From the IMG/VR virus record IMGVR_UViG_3300027976_000020, positions 15,570 to 79,569 of that record: a stretch of 64,000 bases of DNA; one strand, 5' to 3'. The DNA comes from a virus. The notes under the pieces were generated by a model. That model worked only from the letters and a program-made list of their open reading frames with translations. It was not told where the DNA came from and did no database searches. A program made the translations under genes and the position numbers. Positions 57,741 to 64,000 of the stretch are shown one piece after another; position 1 is the stretch's first letter; every line of letters starts with the position of its first letter.

Positions 57741-59134
57741 TGCCCACCAGGATATAATCCTTGGTAACTCTTGACCCAAGTTGTGCCTGTCCACTTGTAT
57801 TGTAATGCAGTGGTGATGTTTGTTACATACTGTAAATTATCTGGGCTTGATGTATTGTCAAACAACACTTGCCAGCGACTGTCAATGTATTCAATAATGT
57901 CATTGGCTTTGGCAACCAAGGGTTGTCCCACTGTACCTTCCCAGTCAGCCGCATTGCCTGTGTTGCTGCCTGTGGCTTCGGTCAACAAGTAACGTTGTCC
58001 AACAGCCGCAGCTGGTAACCCATTGCCCGGGCCACTGCGCAATGGGTCAATGACAGACCTCACTGGTGATAATGTATTTTGTGGCTTTGAATCTTCGTCA
58101 ATTGTAAACAACATAAAGCGATCATCGCTTGGATCATATGCAACAGTACCAGCAACTTCAGTGCCGTCTTCTTGTTCTAAGAATATTTGACTAATGCCAG
58201 GACGTAACACGCCATACGCACCCACCAAGCCTGTCCATAACAAGTTGCTGGCCGGAGAGTCGGCAGGTGCCAAACTTGAATTTGGTTGATCAACCACAGC
58301 ACTAGGACGCAGTGCTTGCAATTTATTACCAATCAACAATGTTTGGTAATCCCACGGAGTGATCACAATCCGTGTGCCCATCAACAAATCATTATCTAGC
58401 ACAGCGTTGGATGCATCGCCATTGGCGTCGTGTATGTTGGCAATAATACGTTCAACTACACCTAACTTCTTGACCTTGGCCGGACTTGTGATCCAAATTG
58501 GCAACGTGAATGTCAATGTTGCTACATCAATGTTGTCGTCTGTGCCAACAGGCACTGATCTAGAAGTCCATTGCGAAGATTCCAACTGAACAATACTCAA
58601 ACTGGTCCAGTCAATGTAATTGTCTGTGCTTTGTATTTCCAATGCAGGGTTAAACAACACTGCTATTTGTTCTAACAATTGAAACTTTTGATTTGTATTG
58701 GACGTCCATACATCCAGTTTCAATGTCAACTTGTACGGCACAGGCATCAATCGTTCAAGTGTAAATGCATTGCCTTGTGTGGTTTCGTATGTCTGGGTAT
58801 TCTCGTCGTATGTGCGTTGGCGTACCGAAGTCTTGCTTACAAAATATGGTTCTTGCATCCGCGGACGATCGTAATCAAATCCTGAAATGTAAAACGACAT
58901 TATCGGAACAGATGTCATGAAGTTTGCTGAATTATTTTGTATAATAGTTTGTACTTGACGGCTTGAATCACCGTAACGAATTGGAACACGAACCAATGTG
59001 TGTGCAGTTCCTGCTTCGTTACGTCCGTATTCTACTTGAAAGTTTGAAAAAATACGTGTGAATTGTAAAAGGAAACGACGTATTTGTTCATCATAAAAGA
59101 ACATTGGGTTAGAAGTTGAAGGTACAGTTGCCAT
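57722..59134 (-). CDS. Tail completion/sheath stabiliser (T4 gp15-like) with C-terminal extension
   Basis: FFYDEQIRRFLLQF..IFSN, VPIRYG, PVPY.L...L......Q..QLLEQI..LFNP. Confidence 0.8.
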   Translation of the reverse strand: MATVPSTSNPMFFYDEQIRRFLLQFTRIFSNFQVEYGRNEAGTAHTLVRVPIRYGDSSRQVQTIIQNNSANFMTSVPIMSFYISGFDYDRPRMQEPYFVSKTSVRQRTYDENTQTYETTQGNAFTLERLMPVPYKLTLKLDVWTSNTNQKFQLLEQIAVLFNPALEIQSTDNYIDWTSLSIVQLESSQWTSRSVPVGTDDNIDVATLTFTLPIWITSPAKVKKLGVVERIIANIHDANGDASNAVLDNDLLMGTRIVITPWDYQTLLIGNKLQALRPSAVVDQPNSSLAPADSPASNLLWTGLVGAYGVLRPGISQIFLEQEDGTEVAGTVAYDPSDDRFMLFTIDEDSKPQNTLSPVRSVIDPLRSGPGNGLPAAAVGQRYLLTEATGSNTGNAADWEGTVGQPLVAKANDIIEYIDSRWQVLFDNTSSPDNLQYVTNITTALQYKWTGTTWVKSYQGLYPGGQWRIVL

Positions 59135-59140
59135 TGTTTA

Positions 59141-60466
59141 TTAACCGCCGTTGTCTGCGTCTGGTTTGAGTATGTCACTTAAACTTTGACGACTTGGAAT
59201 AGCACCACGATCAGTGGTTTGCACAGTTTCTCTATTGTTGACAAAGCCTGCTCTTAGTGAAGAATTTTTGTATGTGGTTTCGTTGTAACCGGTTGCTGGT
59301 TCAAATACAGGTGCAGTACGCACACTGTCTTCAATTTTGATCCATGATCCGCCATTGAATCGGAACAAACGATTTGGAAAGTAATCCAAGCGCAATGCAT
59401 AGTCACCGGCAGCTGGATTAGACGGAAATCCAACACCGGCTGTAATTGGCAAGCCGTTGGGAGCAACACCGTCTCCTGTTAAATAACCAACTGTGTAACC
59501 GTCAGCGCGTGGTGTGATACCTTGGCCGCCTTGTGTACCATCCACCGTCGGCGATGAATCATCGGCAGTGAGTCCTTCTTGAGCAGGTTGTCCGTCTTCT
59601 GCGCTAGGAAGAATATAAAACTTAACAGTATCGTACCCTGTCAATGGAACCTCTACTGCTGCTTGTGTTAGTATAGCATCGTTTATTTGTAAATCTTTTG
59701 TGCGTGTAGAAGTTTTGCCAGCAATTGTATCTGGAGTTTTTACTGTCCAGTAAGTTGCATCAGTGACAGGTGTTCCAGGCGGAACTTCTCTACTGGCAGT
59801 GTAAAATGTATCGCCGTTGTTGACAACAGTACCAGCAGGATATAAATTACCCGGATCCCAGATATTGTCTGGTTCAAATGCTTGTTTAGTAATACTGTTG
59901 TATTCTTGGGCATTGACCATTGGGGTAACTTTGACGCGCCACAAGTGCGGCAGCCAAGTTTGACTAAAGCCTTCTGCTGCAAATGATGCATCTTGAACCA
60001 CATACCATTTGGGCAATGCTTTTACAATGCTGGTATCCAGTGGATGATAATCTTTCAAGTTAGGAACTTCAATTACATCTCCGCTCATAAGTTTACGGCC
60101 AATTGTGTCCATCATATCATTATAATGGAATGTAATAAACAATGTATCATTGTTTAGAAATAATCCAAATTGTGTCAGATCAAAATCAATATCCGATACA
60201 CGATAAACGCCGCGTTGAACATATACATCTGGATCGTATTGGCGATCCCTATTTTCTAACAATAATAAATCTTCAATAAAAAGAGGATTTGCAGTATCAT
60301 AAACAGGCAATGTAGCATCTGCATTGCCGGGATCACCTGTGGATGGTCCAATGTATTTGTGGATATATATGTCAAGCCCGCCTATGGTGTACATTTCGGA
60401 TATAGTTCTATCCAAAAATTTATAATCGGAGGTTTTATTTGGTCTATATAAACTTAAACGGGGCAT
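59141..60466 (-). CDS. Neck/head-closure protein (T4 gp14-like)
   Basis: DRTISEMY..GG.DIYIHKY, LTQFGL, GDVIEVP, EGFSQTW.PHLWRVK; adjacent to gp15-like gene. Confidence 0.7.
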   Translation of the reverse strand: MPRLSLYRPNKTSDYKFLDRTISEMYTIGGLDIYIHKYIGPSTGDPGNADATLPVYDTANPLFIEDLLLLENRDRQYDPDVYVQRGVYRVSDIDFDLTQFGLFLNNDTLFITFHYNDMMDTIGRKLMSGDVIEVPNLKDYHPLDTSIVKALPKWYVVQDASFAAEGFSQTWLPHLWRVKVTPMVNAQEYNSITKQAFEPDNIWDPGNLYPAGTVVNNGDTFYTASREVPPGTPVTDATYWTVKTPDTIAGKTSTRTKDLQINDAILTQAAVEVPLTGYDTVKFYILPSAEDGQPAQEGLTADDSSPTVDGTQGGQGITPRADGYTVGYLTGDGVAPNGLPITAGVGFPSNPAAGDYALRLDYFPNRLFRFNGGSWIKIEDSVRTAPVFEPATGYNETTYKNSSLRAGFVNNRETVQTTDRGAIPSRQSLSDILKPDADNGG

Positions 60467-60496
60467 AGTCTATTATTTAGCTATTCTTTTTGGCAC

Positions 60497-60525
60497 TTGA
60501 CCTGAAAAACAGCTTGTGCTATAAT
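60497..60525 (+). promoter_or_regulatory. Strong sigma70-type (early) promoter
   Basis: TTGACC-17 nt-TATAAT with extended TG; GGAG SD before ATG 60556. Confidence 0.8.
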
Positions 60526-60555
60526 AACAGCATAATTAGCAGTTTGGAGAACCAT

Positions 60556-61701
60556 ATGAATGCAACACCCGCCCGTATCAAAGCACTGAACCCACGTAGC
60601 CCTGACACCAAAGTTCTAGGCGACGAACCCACATGGACAACCCAGCCCATCCCTCAACGCCGAGTTGGGGTGATATCAGCTGCATTCAATTGGTACAATT
60701 ACTTTTACAGTAAAAAAGATGCCCGTGATATGGTTGTTGCATATTTAGAACACCACGGTCGTAAGGCAGACGTCAAACGCTTTCGCGGAGTAAGTGATAG
60801 TACTTTGCGCACAACCACTGCTTGGTTGTGCCGCATGAGTATGGTAGGACTGCAACTTACCGAGCATGAGCAAGAAAAACTTGACACAATGCTCAATGAA
60901 ACACTTGACTCAAAACAACAAGAAGCAGCAGCAGCAGTAGATCCAAATGCAGCGGCTGTTGTCAAGATCACTATTCAAGATCGCTTGCGTGTAAAAGTAA
61001 GCGAATGTGCCGGCGAACTTGACGGTATGTTTGACGAGTTCATTGCCGACGGCGCCAAGATGAGTGCAAGCTACAAACCTATTTCTACTATCCGTGGCAT
61101 GAACGTGGCACCGCAAATGATCAAGGACATTGCTAATATTTGGCAAGAAAAACTTCCAGAGTTTGAAGAAGCGCTTGCCGGAAAGGACAAAGATCTAAAC
61201 GAAGCATACAGTCAGTTTACTAAAATTCAATTGCGCAACATAGTTAAGTTTTGTGAAACAGTGATCAACGACTGCGGTGCATACGTTCAAATCAAGAAAG
61301 TTGAACGCAAGCCACGCCAGACAAAAGTTGCCAGTCCTGAAAAACGTGCAGCAAAGTTCAAGTATCAAACTGAGTTTGCGGATCTTAAAATCAAAAGTTT
61401 GCCTGCTTCCAGTTTGGTGGACAAGAGCGAAGCCTGGTTGTACGATAGTAAAAAGCGTAAACTTATCCATGTGGTAGCGGACACACATGTGGGGTCGTTT
61501 ACTGTAAAAAGCAACAGTATCATTGGGTTCTCAACAGTGGAAAGTCAGCAACGAACTGTGCGCAAACCTGCTGAAGTTATAAAAGCAATGAGCGCAGCAG
61601 GCAAGCCTGCTGCCAGGAAAATCTACAAAGACCTAACCACAACAGAAACTGTGTTCAACGGTCGCGGCACAGAGAACTTGATCATACTGAAATCGTGGTA
61701 A
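60556..61701 (+). CDS. Hypothetical phage protein (probably early)
   Basis: AFNWYNYFY, ..KF.Y, TVRKP, NGR...IIL; start reassigned to ATG 60556 by SD and promoter position. Confidence 0.75.
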   Translation: MNATPARIKALNPRSPDTKVLGDEPTWTTQPIPQRRVGVISAAFNWYNYFYSKKDARDMVVAYLEHHGRKADVKRFRGVSDSTLRTTTAWLCRMSMVGLQLTEHEQEKLDTMLNETLDSKQQEAAAAVDPNAAAVVKITIQDRLRVKVSECAGELDGMFDEFIADGAKMSASYKPISTIRGMNVAPQMIKDIANIWQEKLPEFEEALAGKDKDLNEAYSQFTKIQLRNIVKFCETVINDCGAYVQIKKVERKPRQTKVASPEKRAAKFKYQTEFADLKIKSLPASSLVDKSEAWLYDSKKRKLIHVVADTHVGSFTVKSNSIIGFSTVESQQRTVRKPAEVIKAMSAAGKPAARKIYKDLTTTETVFNGRGTENLIILKSW

Positions 61702-61724
61702 ATAAGTAGGAACGGAGTTCCTAC

Positions 61725-62495
61725 ATGGCTATTGAAGTTGAAACAAGTCTTAATACATTAAAACAAGATCTAATTGAGTATGTGCGCCTACAACTGGGTG
61801 CTCAGATCATTGATCTTGAACTAGATGCTGAACATTACGAAGCTGCTTATCAACGTACACTAGGCGTTTATCGCCAACGTGCCCAAAACGCTTACGAAGA
61901 AAGCTATAGCTATTTGGAACTGGTAGACGGTGTTGCTCTTTATGATCTGCCACAGGAAGTTATTCAAGTCAAGCAAATCTTCCGTAGAACATTTGGAAAT
62001 TCCCAAGGGCCGTTTGCATCAAACTTTGATCCATTTGCTCAGGCGCAGATGAGTGTTTACCTGATGAACTTCAACGTATCAGGTGGACTTGCTACATATG
62101 ATTTCTACAGTCAATACGTTGAACTAGCCGCAAGAATGTTTGGTGGCTACATGAACTTTACATGGAATCCGGTTACTAAAAAACTACAATTGATACGTGA
62201 TCCAAATGGCTCCGGCGAAAATGTATTGCTATGGACATATAACCTAAAGCCAGAATTTAATTTGTTGCGCGATTTTCAAATATCACAATGGGTGCGTGAT
62301 TTTATGGTTGCCAACTGTAAAATGATCATCGGAGAAGCTCGTGAAAAGTTTGCGTCAATTGCTGGTCCACAAGGAGGTTCTACGCTAAACGGTTCTGCAA
62401 TGAAATCCGAAGCACAAACACAAATGGATTTCTTGGTCCAGGATCTCAAGAACTATGTCGACGGTTCGGAGCCGTTGTACTGGGTAATTGGATAA
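61725..62495 (+). CDS. Neck protein (T4 gp13-like head-tail adaptor)
   Basis: LIEYVRLQLG...IDLEL, K..IGEAREKF..IAGPQGG.TLNG......A; TAAATA at 61699. Confidence 0.85.
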   Translation: MAIEVETSLNTLKQDLIEYVRLQLGAQIIDLELDAEHYEAAYQRTLGVYRQRAQNAYEESYSYLELVDGVALYDLPQEVIQVKQIFRRTFGNSQGPFASNFDPFAQAQMSVYLMNFNVSGGLATYDFYSQYVELAARMFGGYMNFTWNPVTKKLQLIRDPNGSGENVLLWTYNLKPEFNLLRDFQISQWVRDFMVANCKMIIGEAREKFASIAGPQGGSTLNGSAMKSEAQTQMDFLVQDLKNYVDGSEPLYWVIG

Positions 62496-62773
62496 TGAGA
62501 GCAAGCGAATTTATAACCGAACACACGCTGGTCTGGGCACGTAAAAAAGGCAGCGGTACGCCTGTTATGAAATGGCGTTGCGCCAGCGGACCGCGCAAAG
62601 GACGCGTAGTGCCTACAGCATCCAAATGTGGCGATGCTCCGGACATAGCTGCAAAAGAACGTATGAAAAAAACTCGAGCCAAAACAAAAATCATACAAGC
62701 ACGTAGGGCTAAAAAAACAAAAAAGATCAATCCAGCAAGTCGATTGGTCAGCCGTTTGAATAAAAAACGCTAG
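62495..62773 (+). CDS. Small basic protein with capsid-targeting-like N-terminus
   Basis: MRASEFITE followed by a K/R-rich body with two Cys; TAATG overlap. Confidence 0.7.
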   Translation: MRASEFITEHTLVWARKKGSGTPVMKWRCASGPRKGRVVPTASKCGDAPDIAAKERMKKTRAKTKIIQARRAKKTKKINPASRLVSRLNKKR

Positions 62774-62799
62774 ACAAACACTATTAAAGCTGTTATACT
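62771..62799 (+). promoter_or_regulatory. Sigma70-type promoter, leaderless geometry
   Basis: TAGACA-17 nt-TATACT with extended TG; ATG begins 7 nt after the -10 box. Confidence 0.7.
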
Positions 62800-62805
62800 A
62801 TACGT

Positions 62806-63330
62806 ATGGCAGACCTTATGATAGATCTCGAAGGACTTGGAACAGGTCCTGACACAACAATACTAACTATAGCCGCGCAGAGTTTTGATCCTCTGGGCAA
62901 CGGCTATAACGACCGCTTTTACTATGCTCGCATTGATCTGGAAAGTCAAGAAGCTCGTAGCATACAGCAAGACACAATAGATTGGTGGGCAACTCAACCT
63001 GCAGAAGCACGTGACGAAGCGTTCAACGAAGCAGATCGTATTCCGTTGGATCAAGCACTGGACGATCTTGGTAAAATAATATGGCAAAGCAAACGCATAT
63101 GGGCACAAGGTCCCACATACGATATGAACATACTGGAACATGCATACAAAAGCTATAGCAAGCCGTTGCCGTGGATGTTCTATGTGGTTCGTGACAGCAG
63201 GACTGTGTTTGGTTTATGGCCAGAGTTGCCAAAGCCTCCCACAAGTCACCATGCATTAGAAGATTGCCGTAGACAGATTGACATGTTGCAGTTGACACTA
63301 AGACACTTAAACGTAAGAGAACTTTCGTGA
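62806..63330 (+). CDS. 3'-5' exonuclease (DEDDh; DexA/RNase AS-like)
   Basis: MIDLE, WAQG..YD..IL, RDSRT, HHALED. Confidence 0.88.
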   Translation: MADLMIDLEGLGTGPDTTILTIAAQSFDPLGNGYNDRFYYARIDLESQEARSIQQDTIDWWATQPAEARDEAFNEADRIPLDQALDDLGKIIWQSKRIWAQGPTYDMNILEHAYKSYSKPLPWMFYVVRDSRTVFGLWPELPKPPTSHHALEDCRRQIDMLQLTLRHLNVRELS

Positions 63331-63992
63331 TTATTGGTGTATGTGGGTTCATTGGCAGCGGCAAAGATACTGTAGCTGATCATCTAGTGAACCTTTATGA
63401 ATTTAGGCGAGAATCTTTTGCTAATAGTCTCAAAGATGCAGTGGCATACGTGTTTGGTTGGGACAGGACCATGCTTGAAGGGCGAACTAATCAAGCCCGA
63501 GACTGGAGAGAACAAGTAGACCCTTGGTGGGCTGACCGCTTAAATATGCCTAACTTGACTCCGCGCTGGGTACTACAATACTGGGGCACTGAAGTATGTC
63601 GTTTTGGATTTCACGACGACATTTGGATTGCATCGCTAGAAAACAAACTGCGCAATAGTCATGACAGTGTTGTTATTAGTGATTGTCGATTTCCGAACGA
63701 AATCACATCAATCAAAGCGCAAGGCGGCATTGTGGTGCGTGTAGTACGAGGCTCTGAACCCAGCTGGTTAGAGCATGCTAAAAATTATATGGCAGGTGAA
63801 AACGGAAACGTAGGCTGGGCACTGGGAAAACGCAACTTGGATTCGAACAACATACATGCTAGTGAATATTCGTGGGTAAACACTAAATTTGATGCAGTGT
63901 TAGACAACAATGGTACACTTGATGATTTGTATGACCAAGTTACAAGTCTGGTAACAAGTCCCCTGGTTGCCATGGCAGATCAGACTTTTTAA
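63327..63992 (+). CDS. Deoxynucleoside monophosphate kinase (T4 gp1-like)
   Basis: IIGVCGFIGSGKDT, SFA..LKD, PR..LQ..GTE, VISDCRFPNE, H.SE, NNGTL. Confidence 0.93.
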   Translation: MIIGVCGFIGSGKDTVADHLVNLYEFRRESFANSLKDAVAYVFGWDRTMLEGRTNQARDWREQVDPWWADRLNMPNLTPRWVLQYWGTEVCRFGFHDDIWIASLENKLRNSHDSVVISDCRFPNEITSIKAQGGIVVRVVRGSEPSWLEHAKNYMAGENGNVGWALGKRNLDSNNIHASEYSWVNTKFDAVLDNNGTLDDLYDQVTSLVTSPLVAMADQTF

Positions 63993-64000
63993 TTTCAACA

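Overview
This 64-kb window is a gene-dense segment of a large T4-like (myovirus-type) dsDNA phage. It covers most of the morphogenesis region: a giant baseplate/fibre protein (>2780 aa, absent from the ORF track because it runs off the left edge), gp6/gp25/gp5/gp53/gp54-like baseplate genes, a gp26/gp51-like pair, a tape-measure-like protein with a lytic transglycosylase domain, portal, prohead protease, scaffold, major capsid protein, neck/tail-completion proteins and repeat-rich fibres. It also carries a gp55-like late sigma factor, the gp47/gp46 nuclease, a dNMP kinase, an exonuclease and a Nudix hydrolase. Accessory enzyme genes are interleaved: B12-type and second radical SAM enzymes, an SDR, an MTA/SAH nucleosidase, an ATE/Bpt-like aminoacyl transferase, a DUF1415-like protein and a TPR-glycosyltransferase. 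The most notable unexplained signals are: (1) a stand-alone GIY-YIG nuclease domain followed by a ~400-nt ORF-free, hairpin-rich tract (candidate nuclease-associated ncRNA, or an origin); (2) a T-TTT-TTC -1 frameshift site that would fuse the gp26-like and gp51-like ORFs, as in lambda G/GT; (3) a SAM-radical/aminoacyl-transfer gene cluster; (4) TAAATA late promoters positioned for leaderless translation. All protein calls come from motif recognition and synteny by eye; no database search or folding program was run.
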